NCBI RefSeq assembly: GCF_014396165.1
Contig: NZ_CP060715.1
Coordinates: 690,001-722,000 of the forward strand
DNA length: 32,000 nt
Direction of reading: 5' to 3'
Origin: Erysipelothrix inopinata
Lineage (GTDB): Bacteria; Bacillota_I; Bacilli_A; Erysipelotrichales; Erysipelotrichaceae
The position numbers were made by a program, and so were the translations under genes. Position 1 is the stretch's first letter. Each line of letters starts with the position of its first letter. The notes beneath the pieces were generated by a model. The model was not told where the DNA came from, did not search any database, and worked only from the letters and a program-made list of their open reading frames with translations. Shown here in pieces: positions 1 through 11,021 of the stretch.

Positions 1-1
1 C

Positions 2-235
2 AAATATGGAGATAAAATTGAATTGTGCCTTGGCGCGGGTGTCAATGCTGAGAATGCTAAAGAACTCATTGAACGAAGTGGTGTTACACAACTTCACGGA
101 TCGTTCAAAGGTTGGTACCAAGACCCTACTACTAAAGGGAATGATGTATCTTACGGATACAGTGAACTTGGCGATTACGATGGTGTTGATCCTGTAAAAC
201 TCAAGAAGATGCTGGATACAGTCAATCAAATCTAA
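2..235 (+). CDS. cutC: Copper homeostasis protein CutC family, C-terminal fragment (5' end lies outside the window)
   Basis: The open frame runs from the window edge. The translation ...IELCLGAGVNAENAKELIERSGVTQLHGS... matches the CutC C-terminal pattern (GGGV.AEN....G..E.H.S). Stop codon at 233-235. Confidence 0.7.
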   Translation, partial: KYGDKIELCLGAGVNAENAKELIERSGVTQLHGSFKGWYQDPTTKGNDVSYGYSELGDYDGVDPVKLKKMLDTVNQI

Positions 236-238
236 AAG

Positions 239-272
239 AAACACAGATGTCCTCAGTACATCTGTGTTTTAT
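239..272 (+). terminator. Rho-independent terminator after cutC
   Basis: 12-bp stem aaacacagatgt / acatctgtgttt with loop cctcagt, followed by a T-rich tail. Confidence 0.8.
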
Positions 273-291
273 ATTATGAAGAGAGGATATT

Positions 292-2586
292 ATGAACAAA
301 GAAATAGAATCAATCATTAATAGAGATTATGAGTTACGAAAGAATCTTTATGAGCACATTGATATAAAAAAATACGATGGTGAAAGAAGTTTATATGCTA
401 AATATGTTCTTGCGTATCTTTCAGAAGCAGATGTTCAAATTACTCAAATAGAACTGGATGATTTTGTAGAGAACACGTATGCAGTTAAAGATGCTTACCA
501 TCAAAATATACCGGATCAAATATTTTATGACTATGTATTACAACCCAAAGTTAATAATGAAAGACTTGATGCATGTCGACAATATTTTAGAGGACTCACT
601 GAAGGAATGCTTGGCGATGATTTGAAAGAAACTATTTTTGCGCTTAATTATTGGATGATAGGTATCGTTCAGTACCGAAGTACAGATGCTCGTACACAGT
701 ATGCGTCACTGACTTATAAAAATGGTACCGGACGTTGTGGCGAAAAATCCACATTTCTAGTCCAAGTTTTGAGAGCGAACGGAATACCTGCACGTCAAAT
801 ATATGCACCATGGTGGACACATAGTGATGACCGTCATGCATGGGTGGAGGTTTATATCAATGGTGAGTGGCATTATCTTGGTGCAGGCGATGCAGAAGAA
901 AACTTTGATACTGCGTGGTTTACACTTGCAGCATCAAGAGCACTCGTTGTGCAATCAAACCAATTCTCTAGCTTACCAACCCCTGAACCAGTTTTAGAAG
1001 ACCATGGAATTTATAAGAAAATCAGCGTGATACAAAGATATAATCGTACTCATGAGGTAGAGGTGGAAATTGATGTAGAACCAATTAAAGCGGTGAGTGT
1101 TTGTGTGGTCAATTATGGAAACTTAAAGAAAGTGGTAACTCAACCCGTACTTAATGGAAAAGCTGTATTTACATTGGGTGGTGGTGATGCATTTGTATAT
1201 GCTCAAGTAGGGGAAAAACACTATTTAGAACCTATTAGTGAGAGCACTCGAAGTGTTGTTTTGAATAACAATTCTTTAATCGAAGATGAAAATGTTGACC
1301 TAGTTCAAAAGGCACAGGACCTTCATTTGAAACCTAAGTCGAGCACAGAAGTTGAAGCACAGCGAAAAGTTCAACGTAAAAACGAGGGTTTGAAGCGTTA
1401 TCGTGAAAGAATTGCGACACTTGATGAACAACGAACTAAAGTGGAGCCACAAAACATTCAAGAACTTAGAGCAAGAATTGGGGATGTTCGAACCGAAGAA
1501 GTACTCAGTTTGCTTTCGGAAAAAGATCAGTATGATTTTGATGCAAATATGTTGGCTGAACACTGCGATATCGTAGAAAAATATAGAGGAAAATACCCAA
1601 TTCAAATTTTTAGAGAGAGCATCCTCAATCCGCGTGTCGCGTATGAAAACATTGTTGCCTACGCCAAAGTATTTGAATCTTATTGCGAAGACAATCCTCT
1701 AGAAATATATAAGAGTGTTATGAATGGTGTGAGCGAAAAATCCGAATATTTTGTTGAAGATACGATTATGCCTTTTACAGAAGTGATTCGTAACAATGTT
1801 GGTACTTATTTTGATAAACAACTCACCATAGTTGCAATATGTCGTAGCAAAGGGATTCCCGCACGCTTTAATGACGTTAACAATGTTGTGGAAATATATA
1901 CCGATGGCAACTATCTTAATATTGAAAGAAAACCGGAGTTTAATGTTAAGCTTACGGAAGAAATGGCTAAATACACTGTCAGTTTGACACCAAGCAATCC
2001 ATTTCAAGATACAGGAGATTTCATTTTACAAAATAATTCTAAAAAAGTTGAAGGACGCTACTTAGCGATTGCTTCAAATAGACTTCCAAATGGGACAATT
2101 ATCGCAACAGCAGTCATGAAAAATATCGTGGATGATTGCGACTTAGATATCGATGTAAAACATGTGTCTATTGAAGATTTATTAGAAAATATTGATATCA
2201 GTGACTTAATGAAATCTTTAGATATCGATCTTCCAAAAGGTTTTCTTGTGATTGGTAATCCAGATGAGGAACCGACACAACATGTTATTAATGAACTTAT
2301 TACCAAAAAAGAAACAATCAAGAATTCGGGTTCTAAGATTATCTTTTTGAATGGTGGAGAAACGAATCATCCGATGTTGAAATTACTCTCAGATTCCTTT
2401 GATAATGTGTTATTTGTTGATACCTGGCGTAAGGATATCGAGGAAATGATGGTTCGAAGACACTTTAGAGAACCGAAGGTGTATCCGTTTGTGGCTATTG
2501 TTAAGAATGGGAAGACATTACTAAGTAGTTGTGGATATCAAGTCGGATTTGTGGACAATGAAAATCTTGATGAAATCTTAAAATAG
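292..2586 (+). CDS. Large cytoplasmic transglutaminase-like (PNGase-like core) domain protein, 764 aa
   Basis: Long ORF with a GAGAGGA RBS 5 nt upstream. Core 1 is GRCGEKSTF...GIPARQIY...RHAWVEVY...GAGDAEE, giving a Cys149/His182/Asp200 triad pattern. A second, degenerate core lies near aa 504-545. No signal peptide or TM segment is visible. Confidence 0.8.
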   Translation: MNKEIESIINRDYELRKNLYEHIDIKKYDGERSLYAKYVLAYLSEADVQITQIELDDFVENTYAVKDAYHQNIPDQIFYDYVLQPKVNNERLDACRQYFRGLTEGMLGDDLKETIFALNYWMIGIVQYRSTDARTQYASLTYKNGTGRCGEKSTFLVQVLRANGIPARQIYAPWWTHSDDRHAWVEVYINGEWHYLGAGDAEENFDTAWFTLAASRALVVQSNQFSSLPTPEPVLEDHGIYKKISVIQRYNRTHEVEVEIDVEPIKAVSVCVVNYGNLKKVVTQPVLNGKAVFTLGGGDAFVYAQVGEKHYLEPISESTRSVVLNNNSLIEDENVDLVQKAQDLHLKPKSSTEVEAQRKVQRKNEGLKRYRERIATLDEQRTKVEPQNIQELRARIGDVRTEEVLSLLSEKDQYDFDANMLAEHCDIVEKYRGKYPIQIFRESILNPRVAYENIVAYAKVFESYCEDNPLEIYKSVMNGVSEKSEYFVEDTIMPFTEVIRNNVGTYFDKQLTIVAICRSKGIPARFNDVNNVVEIYTDGNYLNIERKPEFNVKLTEEMAKYTVSLTPSNPFQDTGDFILQNNSKKVEGRYLAIASNRLPNGTIIATAVMKNIVDDCDLDIDVKHVSIEDLLENIDISDLMKSLDIDLPKGFLVIGNPDEEPTQHVINELITKKETIKNSGSKIIFLNGGETNHPMLKLLSDSFDNVLFVDTWRKDIEEMMVRRHFREPKVYPFVAIVKNGKTLLSSCGYQVGFVDNENLDEILK

Positions 2587-2607
2587 AGAGAAGCCTCTCT
2601 ATTTTTA
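2583..2607 (+). terminator. Rho-independent terminator after the transglutaminase-like gene
   Basis: Stem atagagag / ctctctat with loop aagc, followed by ttttt. It overlaps the stop codon. Confidence 0.75.
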
Positions 2608-2709
2608 TTAGGAATAAGCGAAATAAGTGTTAATATGTGATGCAATGAAACATTAATATTATCGTGGAAATCGACAATTATTTTTGATATAGTAATATAG
2701 GTGATAATA

Positions 2710-2910
2710 ATGATTGACATCATGAGGATAGTAATCTATTTAGTATGCTTTTTATTAGCAGGTTATGCATTGAGTGGCATTGATTTTGAAAAGATTATGA
2801 AACGCGGTCATACGATTCATATTCAAATTCTTTATCTCTTGTTATCAATGGGAATTGGATACCTTGTGGCACAATTCATTTTAGGATTATCGTTGAATTA
2901 TATCATGTAG
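2710..2910 (+). CDS. Small two-TM membrane protein, DUF1146/YwzB-like
   Basis: 66-aa hydrophobic ORF (MIDIMRIVIYLVCFLLAGYALSGIDFEKIMK...) with an AGGTGA RBS 6 nt upstream of the ATG at 2710. The size, topology and IDFEK motif resemble the TIGR02327/DUF1146 family. The family assignment is from memory only. Confidence 0.5.
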   Translation: MIDIMRIVIYLVCFLLAGYALSGIDFEKIMKRGHTIHIQILYLLLSMGIGYLVAQFILGLSLNYIM

Positions 2911-2934
2911 AAAATTGAAATTGGAGGAATAAAT

Positions 2935-3933
2935 ATGTTTTCAAAAGCAGTCGGTATTGACTTAGGGACGGCCAATATTCTTATTTATGTACGTGGAGAA
3001 GGTGTTGTTCTTGACGAACCATCAGTAGTATCCATTGATGCAGAAACAAAGAAATGTTTAGCAGTTGGACAAGAAGCGAAAGAAATGTTAGGAAGAACAC
3101 CAGTGAGGGTTTCAGCAATTAGACCTTTACGTGATGGTGTTATTGCAGATTTTGAAGTTACAGAAATGATGCTTCAATATTTTATGCGTAAATTAAAATT
3201 AAAAGGTGCATTCTCGAGACCTACAATATTAATCTGTTGTCCATCGAATATCACATCTGTTGAACGCAAGGCTATCAGTGATGCTGCATACCGTGCTGGA
3301 GCAAAACGTGTTTATATCGAAGAAGAACCTAAAGTAGCTGCAGTTGGTGCAAACTTGGATATTTCCAAGCCTACAGGTTCAATGGTTCTTGATATAGGTG
3401 GTGGTACTACTGACGTTGCAATCCTTTCATTAGGAGAAATCGTAACAAGTACTTCCCTTAAAGTAGCGGGAGACCGTTTAGATCAAGATATCATTAAATA
3501 TGTCAAAGAAACTTACAAACTATTAATTGGTGATCGTACAGCTGAAGCAATCAAAACAAATATTGGTACAGCAACAGTTGAAGGAATCGCTGACATGGAA
3601 GTTACTTCTTACTCAGTAAGTGGTCGTGACCTTGTTACAGGACTTCCTAACACAATTACATTAAAGGCAGAAGAAACAGCTCATGCAATGCATGAAAGTC
3701 TTCAAGATGTTGTTCGTGCATGTCGTACAGTGCTTGAACAAACACCTCCTGAGTTATCAGCTGATATTGTGACTCGTGGAATTGTCTTAACAGGTGGTGG
3801 AGCATTACTTCACGGTCTTGATTCATTAATTTCTAATGAATTAAGCATTCCTGTATATGTTGCGGAAAATGCATTGACATGTGTTGCTGAAGGTACAGGA
3901 ATCATGTTGGAAAACTTAGAACTTATTGGATAA
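2935..3933 (+). CDS. mreB: Rod-shape-determining actin homologue MreB/Mbl family
   Basis: GIDLGTANILIY phosphate-1 motif, DIGGGTTDVA, and GIVLTGGGALL adenosine motif. 332 aa, with a GGAGGA RBS. Confidence 0.92.
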   Translation: MFSKAVGIDLGTANILIYVRGEGVVLDEPSVVSIDAETKKCLAVGQEAKEMLGRTPVRVSAIRPLRDGVIADFEVTEMMLQYFMRKLKLKGAFSRPTILICCPSNITSVERKAISDAAYRAGAKRVYIEEEPKVAAVGANLDISKPTGSMVLDIGGGTTDVAILSLGEIVTSTSLKVAGDRLDQDIIKYVKETYKLLIGDRTAEAIKTNIGTATVEGIADMEVTSYSVSGRDLVTGLPNTITLKAEETAHAMHESLQDVVRACRTVLEQTPPELSADIVTRGIVLTGGGALLHGLDSLISNELSIPVYVAENALTCVAEGTGIMLENLELIG

Positions 3934-3940
3934 TAAAATG

Positions 3941-3978
3941 AAACTCAAGAACCGCTAATGCGACTTCTTGAGTTTTTA
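3941..3978 (+). terminator. Rho-independent terminator after mreB
   Basis: Stem aaactcaagaa / ttcttgagttt around a 13-nt loop, followed by a ttttt tail. Confidence 0.8.
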
Positions 3979-4026
3979 TTAGGAATTTATGCTTCTGACA
4001 TGTAATTAATGTTGGGGGTGTAAAGA

Positions 4027-4590
4027 ATGGGTTATCGTGTTGAAGAAAAATGGTTGTCCGAATATGATCAAGATAAGCATTGTGATCTTTTAGAATCTTA
4101 TTTTGACGACTACAAGAAATATCTATTGTCTTTGTCGAAAGGGCAACAACGGAAAGAATGTGTCAGTGGCTACAATCGGATGAAGCGAGTGAAATATTGG
4201 TCGTGTGATGCTCTGAATATCTCTGTTGAAGTTGGTGATATCTGTTTTATTGAGTATGGTCAAGTGTTTATTAACGAAGCAGGTTATCAACATTTTGGAC
4301 TTGTCGTTTCTCAGTTTAATCACAAGTTGCTTGTTGTGCCAATGACGTCTAATGATGAGGCAGTGAGACAGGCTAGAAATGTTATTGATGAAGGCAAAGA
4401 ACATTTGTATTATATTGGTAAAGTAGAAGGTTTAAATAAACCATCGGTGCTATTTTTAAATGATTGTAAATTTATAAACTCATGCCGAATCATTTCGGTT
4501 AATGGACATATCTCACCACGATCGAGAATGTTTAAAGAAATTTGCCAATGTTTAAAAGAGGGAATATCTTCGGGAGCTGTGGTAAAATAA
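4027..4590 (+). CDS. MazF/PemK-fold protein with a ~65-aa N-terminal extension and no adjacent antitoxin ORF
   Basis: The C-terminal ~120 aa (GDICFIEYG..NEAGYQHFGLVVS..LLVVPMTSN..SVLFLNDCKFINSCRI) aligns by eye with B. subtilis EndoA/MazF (GDVYFADLSP..GSEQGGVRPVLVI..AAITAQ..SVILLEQIRTIDKQRL). A GGGGGTG RBS precedes the ATG. Confidence 0.6.
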   Translation: MGYRVEEKWLSEYDQDKHCDLLESYFDDYKKYLLSLSKGQQRKECVSGYNRMKRVKYWSCDALNISVEVGDICFIEYGQVFINEAGYQHFGLVVSQFNHKLLVVPMTSNDEAVRQARNVIDEGKEHLYYIGKVEGLNKPSVLFLNDCKFINSCRIISVNGHISPRSRMFKEICQCLKEGISSGAVVK

Positions 4591-4608
4591 TTGCAAGGTG
4601 ACTTAAGT

Positions 4609-5811
4609 ATGGATAACGAAATTTGGATTGTAGGAGTTTCTGGCGGGCCAGACTCAATGGCTCTTTTGGATATATACTCTAAACAAGGAAAAAAATGTAT
4701 CGCAGCACATGTTAATTATCATCAAAGAGAAACAAGTCAAAGAGATGAAGACATTGTTGTTGCATACTGCAAAAAACATAAGATTGAGGTTTGTGTAAAA
4801 AACTTTGAGCAAGAAGTATTGGGAGAAAATTTCCAAGCTCTTGCTCGAAATTTTCGTTATGATTTTTTTGAAGAGTTAGTGGTGCAATATGGTGCACGAG
4901 GTGTTGCCATCGCGCATCACCTTGATGATGACCTGGAGACCTATATTTTTCAAAAGCAAAGAGGTATATCAAGTGATACAAAAGGAATTGCAAACCAAAC
5001 TATCATTAAAAATATTTTAGTTGTTCGACCCTTACTCGGCTACACAAAGCAAGAGCTCATTGATTACTGTCATGATAATAATATTACATACGGAATCGAC
5101 GAGAGTAATGCAAGCTTAAAGTATGCGCGTAATAAAATAAGACATGAACTGACATATTTGGATCCGATTGAAAAAGAAATTTTAATAAAGTCCATGCGTC
5201 AAGATAAAAAAGACTTCACAAATTATCAGCGTCAAGTCATGGAAGCCACTAACGAAATGGAGTTGGTGAATTCGTTAGTGGATTATAGAAAACACGGTCC
5301 ACGTCTTAGAAAAGATGTTCTAAGAAAATGGATGTCAAACAATGGCATTGAAACTCACAAAATATCTGCGCGGTTCATTGATCAGATTGATAGTGCAATC
5401 TTAAATGAAAAAGCGTGGTTTGAGTTTGGGAACCTCATTTTGAGTTGTAGCTATGGAGAGTTGGCTATAGTAAAAAGAAATGTCGTAGATGATACCTATA
5501 ATTCTCTAGAGTATGTCAAAAAAGAGAATTATGAATTAAAAAAAGAAGGGCGAAAAATAGAAGGTGTATTTCTAACTGAATCCGATTTTCCAATCATCGT
5601 GAGAAATGTTAGAGACGGTGACCAAATAGAAATGAGATTTGGTAAAAAATCGCTGAATCGCTTCTTCATAGATCGAAAAATTCCGCGTCATAAACGGATA
5701 AATTGGCTTGTGATAGAAAATCAAAAAGGTAATGTTGTGTTTGTTGTGGGATTAGGGTGTGATACACATCATTACTCTAACAATCTGAATTTATTTATGA
5801 TAGAATTATAG
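4609..5811 (+). CDS. tilS: tRNA(Ile)-lysidine synthetase
   Basis: PP-loop motif VGVSGGPDSMAL near the N-terminus and the conserved HHLDD motif. I prefer the ATG at 4609 (AAGGTGA RBS 8 nt upstream) over the TTG at 4591. Confidence 0.9.
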   Translation: MDNEIWIVGVSGGPDSMALLDIYSKQGKKCIAAHVNYHQRETSQRDEDIVVAYCKKHKIEVCVKNFEQEVLGENFQALARNFRYDFFEELVVQYGARGVAIAHHLDDDLETYIFQKQRGISSDTKGIANQTIIKNILVVRPLLGYTKQELIDYCHDNNITYGIDESNASLKYARNKIRHELTYLDPIEKEILIKSMRQDKKDFTNYQRQVMEATNEMELVNSLVDYRKHGPRLRKDVLRKWMSNNGIETHKISARFIDQIDSAILNEKAWFEFGNLILSCSYGELAIVKRNVVDDTYNSLEYVKKENYELKKEGRKIEGVFLTESDFPIIVRNVRDGDQIEMRFGKKSLNRFFIDRKIPRHKRINWLVIENQKGNVVFVVGLGCDTHHYSNNLNLFMIEL

Positions 5812-5837
5812 GTATCGCAGGAGGACTATTTTTGAGT

Positions 5838-6377
5838 ATGCACGCAGATATTAAAGAAATATTGATTTCAGAAGCTGAGATCGTCGAAAAAAGTAAGGAA
5901 CTCGGTAAAACATTAACCGAATATTACAAAGATGTAGAAGGACCTATCGTTTTGGTTGCACTACTTAAAGGGTCGGTACCATTCCTTGCAGAATTAATTA
6001 AACATATGGATTTAGATATTGAATATGATTTTATGGATGTATCAAGCTATGCAGGTACTGAAACGTCTCGCGATATCAAGATATTAAAAGATTTAGATCG
6101 TTCAATTAAAGGCACAAATATCCTACTTGTAGAAGATATTGTGGATACAGGGCACACAATCCAAGCAATTATTAAGTTACTCGGAAACAAGGGTGCAAGT
6201 GATGTGAAGGTAGTTTCTCTATTGGATAAACCATCACGTCGCGAAGTTGAGGTTTACGCTGACTTTATAGGATTTGAAATTCCGAATGAATTTGTAGTAG
6301 GATTCGGGTTGGATTTTAATGAACGTTATCGTCACTTGCCTTATATTGGAATTTTGAAAGATGAACTATATCAGTAA
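5838..6377 (+). CDS. hpt: Hypoxanthine-guanine phosphoribosyltransferase
   Basis: PRPP-binding motif LLVEDIVDTGHT. The N-terminus MHADIKEILISEAEI resembles Bacillus HprT. The TTG at 5832 is an alternative start. Confidence 0.92.
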   Translation: MHADIKEILISEAEIVEKSKELGKTLTEYYKDVEGPIVLVALLKGSVPFLAELIKHMDLDIEYDFMDVSSYAGTETSRDIKILKDLDRSIKGTNILLVEDIVDTGHTIQAIIKLLGNKGASDVKVVSLLDKPSRREVEVYADFIGFEIPNEFVVGFGLDFNERYRHLPYIGILKDELYQ

Positions 6378-6390
6378 GGAGTGATTTCGA

Positions 6391-8265
6391 TTGAAAAACA
6401 AGAACAGCAAAAAAAATAGTTTAATTCTAACCGTTTTAACACTGTTAATGGCAATTACACTGCTTCAATTATTTACGAATCAACCAAATAACAAATTAAC
6501 AGTAAATCAGTATAACGAATTAATTGAAACTGAAACAATAACCGAAGCGAAAGTTACTGCAAAAAGTGCAGTGATTGAAGTTGAGGGAACATACGAAAAA
6601 GATGGACGTAAAAAAGGATTCTCTGTTCGTATGCCAAAATCAGAACAAATTTTGGATGAAACAATTACTAAGTTGAATGAAAAAAATGTTCCTTACGAAA
6701 CGATTGACCCAAACTATGTTAATCCAATCGTCGAAGGACTTATGGTTATCGTTCCCTATGCACTTTTAGGTGGACTCATGTTCTTCCTATTTTCTAAAAT
6801 GGGTGGAGGCGGAACGAATAAAGCCTTTGAGTTCAGTAAATCACGTGCTAAGATCCAAGGCGATATTAAAGTTCGCTTTAAGGACGTAGCGGGAGCGGAT
6901 GAGGAAAAAGAAGAAATGACTGAATTAATTGATTATCTTCGTCATCCTAAAAAATATGAAGAAATGGGAGCTCGTATTCCTAAGGGAATGTTACTAGTTG
7001 GGCCTCCAGGAACGGGTAAAACACTACTTGCAAAAGCAGCAGCTGGTGAAGCTGATGTACCATTCTATGCAATTTCCGGTTCGGACTTCGTGGAAATGTT
7101 TGTAGGGGTTGGAGCGAGCCGTGTGCGTGACATGTTTAAAGAAGCGAAAGCAACTGCGCCTTGTGTTATTTTCATTGATGAAATTGATGCGGTAGGTCGT
7201 CAACGTGGAGCGGGACTTGGTGGTGGTCACGATGAACGTGAACAAACTCTTAACCAAATGCTTGTTGAAATGGATGGTATTCAAGAAAACTCAGGAGTTG
7301 TTGTTCTAGCGGCAACGAACCGTGCTGACGTACTTGACCCAGCATTACTTAGACCAGGTCGTTTCGACCGTACGATTACTGTCGGATTACCTGATATTAA
7401 AGGTAGAACAGCAATTTTAGGAGTTCATGCTCGTAATAAACATATTGCGCCAGATGTTGAACTTGAAAATATTGCCCGTCGTACACCAGGATTCTCGGGT
7501 GCTGACTTAGAAAACGTCTTGAACGAAGCTGCTATTCTAGCGGTTCGCGAAAAGAAAGATTCAATCAATATGGACCTTCTAGATGAAGCAATCGACCGTG
7601 TAATGATGGGACCTGCTAAGAAATCTAAGAAGTATACAGAAAAAGAACGTCACATGGTTGCGGTTCACGAAACTGGACATGCTATTGTCGGTATTCGTCT
7701 TGCAGCTGCAGATAAAGTACAAAAAGTTACAATCATCCCACGTGGTGAAGCGGGTGGATATAACTTGATGACACCTGAAGTTGAAACATTTACACAAAGT
7801 GAAACAGATCTTAAAGCACGTATTACTGGTTTACTAGGTGGTCGTGTCGCTGAAGAAGTTTACTTTAATGAAATTTCAACGGGTGCTTCAAATGATATTC
7901 AAAGAGCAACTAAGATTGCACGTGCTATGGTTACTACATTTGGAATGAGTAACTTAGGTCCAATTCAATATGATGTCGGATCTGACAATGTATTCTTAGG
8001 TCGTGATTATTCATCGGGTCAAAATTACTCTGGTGAAATTGCATACGAAATTGATAAAGAGGTTCGTCGAATTATTGATGAAGCGAAAGAAGAAGCGCTT
8101 CGCATCGTTGAACAAAATAGAGAACTTATGGATAAGATTGTGGATGCTCTACTTGAGTATGAAACAATTACTGCCGAACAAATTAATAATATCGTTGAAG
8201 GCAGAGACGCAAACGATTTTGGTGTTGACACAGTCACAACTGAATCAGAAAGTACTGAAGCTTAA
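6391..8265 (+). CDS. ftsH: ATP-dependent zinc metalloprotease FtsH
   Basis: Two N-terminal TM segments, Walker A GPPGTGKT, Walker B IIFIDEID, SRH region, and zinc motif HETGHA. TTG start with an AAGGAG RBS. Confidence 0.97.
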   Translation: MKNKNSKKNSLILTVLTLLMAITLLQLFTNQPNNKLTVNQYNELIETETITEAKVTAKSAVIEVEGTYEKDGRKKGFSVRMPKSEQILDETITKLNEKNVPYETIDPNYVNPIVEGLMVIVPYALLGGLMFFLFSKMGGGGTNKAFEFSKSRAKIQGDIKVRFKDVAGADEEKEEMTELIDYLRHPKKYEEMGARIPKGMLLVGPPGTGKTLLAKAAAGEADVPFYAISGSDFVEMFVGVGASRVRDMFKEAKATAPCVIFIDEIDAVGRQRGAGLGGGHDEREQTLNQMLVEMDGIQENSGVVVLAATNRADVLDPALLRPGRFDRTITVGLPDIKGRTAILGVHARNKHIAPDVELENIARRTPGFSGADLENVLNEAAILAVREKKDSINMDLLDEAIDRVMMGPAKKSKKYTEKERHMVAVHETGHAIVGIRLAAADKVQKVTIIPRGEAGGYNLMTPEVETFTQSETDLKARITGLLGGRVAEEVYFNEISTGASNDIQRATKIARAMVTTFGMSNLGPIQYDVGSDNVFLGRDYSSGQNYSGEIAYEIDKEVRRIIDEAKEEALRIVEQNRELMDKIVDALLEYETITAEQINNIVEGRDANDFGVDTVTTESESTEA

Positions 8266-8269
8266 TTTC

Positions 8270-8298
8270 AAAGCCCCAACAATGTTGGGGCTTTAGTT
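8270..8298 (+). terminator. Probable (possibly leaky) terminator after ftsH
   Basis: GC-rich stem aaagccccaac / gttggggcttt with a very short loop. The T tail is short (tttagtt). Confidence 0.5.
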
Positions 8299-8319
8299 AA
8301 ATATTGAAGGAGAATATAT

Positions 8320-9195
8320 ATGAGCGATAAAGTAGTTAGAGCACTTGCTCTTGGTGGCAATGTTCGCGTTATTGTAGCGAAAACAACGGATATGGTAACA
8401 AGAGCTCAAGAAATACATCAAACATATCCAACATCGTCAGCTGCATTAGGACGTGTTATGAGTGTTGCAACAATAATGGGTGCAACATTGAAAGATGAGC
8501 GAGAAAAAATGGTTGTTGAAATTAAAAGCGATGGCGATATTAAACATATTCTCGTAAATGCAGATAATAAAGGTTTTGTTAGAGGATTAATCGATAATCC
8601 AAATGTCTTAATGATTAAAAAAGATAGTCCTAAGCTGGATGTCGGTGGTGCTGTAGGAAATGGATACTTAAGAGTTACGCAACAGTATGATGATACAGCA
8701 ACATTCAGTTCTCAAGTTGAATTACAAACGGGAGAAATTGGCGATGATTTCGCATATTACTATGTTCAATCAGAACAGATTCCTACGGCATTGTCTGTCG
8801 GAGTTCTTGTGAATGAAGATTTAACGATTAAATCGGCTGGAGCAATTTTAATTCAATTGTTACCATCAGCAACAGATGTGGAACTTTCAATGGTTGAAAA
8901 TGTTGTAAATAACTTAAAACCTGTTTCTGAATTGATGATAGACTATGAAGCAAAAGATCTTTGTGAGGCACTCTTTGATGATGTGGAAATTTTAGGTGAA
9001 ACGGATGTCGCTTACTTCTGTGGCTGCAATCGAACACAAATGAAGGATGTTTTAGAAACATTAAATGCTGATGATTTAAATGATCTAATCAATAACGATC
9101 ACGGTGCTACACTTGAGTGTCACTACTGTCATACTAAATACACATTTAAGGAAGATGAGTTGAAAGAATTGTTGGAAGAACGTTCTAAAAATTAG
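8320..9195 (+). CDS. hslO: Redox-regulated chaperone Hsp33
   Basis: C-terminal zinc/redox switch CGC...CHYC (FCGCNRTQ ... ECHYCHTKY) and an Hsp33-like N-terminal domain. Confidence 0.92.
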   Translation: MSDKVVRALALGGNVRVIVAKTTDMVTRAQEIHQTYPTSSAALGRVMSVATIMGATLKDEREKMVVEIKSDGDIKHILVNADNKGFVRGLIDNPNVLMIKKDSPKLDVGGAVGNGYLRVTQQYDDTATFSSQVELQTGEIGDDFAYYYVQSEQIPTALSVGVLVNEDLTIKSAGAILIQLLPSATDVELSMVENVVNNLKPVSELMIDYEAKDLCEALFDDVEILGETDVAYFCGCNRTQMKDVLETLNADDLNDLINNDHGATLECHYCHTKYTFKEDELKELLEERSKN

Positions 9196-9315
9196 TCTTA
9201 ATAAGATTCTTTGAAAGAAATATCATTCAAAGATTTAAAATGTGTTAGAATTAATGGGTATATTAAGGCAAGTGCGCTTTAGGGAAAGTACTTGCAAATT
9301 ATAAAAGCGAGGTAG

Positions 9316-10818
<1,503 letters not shown>

Positions 10819-10839
10819 TCCGTTTACTTTAATAAAATG

Positions 10840-10878
10840 CTCCGTAATATCGTATGATATTGCGGAGTTTGTTGTATT
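10840..10878 (+). terminator. Rho-independent terminator after lysS
   Basis: 12-bp stem ctccgtaatatc / gatattgcggag (one G-U pair) with loop gtat, followed by tttgttgtatt. Confidence 0.85.
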
Positions 10879-11021
10879 GCTCTGGATTGGTTTATTTGGA
10901 TAATGATCAACAGTTGATAACATTATTTAAGAGACTTGAAACATGTTTGGGTATTTATTATTGAATTGGCTTTTAAGTTACATATGATTATGTTAGAATA
11001 ACTGACAAGAAGAGGTGTATT

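Noticed and set aside
6-197. 63-aa + strand ORF at the window start.
   Set aside because: It overlaps the CutC reading frame, which has clear family similarity. This alternative frame has none.
2671-2698. Possible promoter TCGACA-16-TAATAT upstream of the small membrane protein gene.
   Set aside because: The -10 would overlap the AGGTGA RBS of the ATG at 2710, leaving no leader. It is not convincing without TSS data.
10906-10918. 13-bp palindrome atcaac-a-gttgat in the lysS-ispD intergenic region.
   Set aside because: It is a short, A/T-rich, single occurrence with no clear relation to a promoter. This is within chance expectation for the composition.
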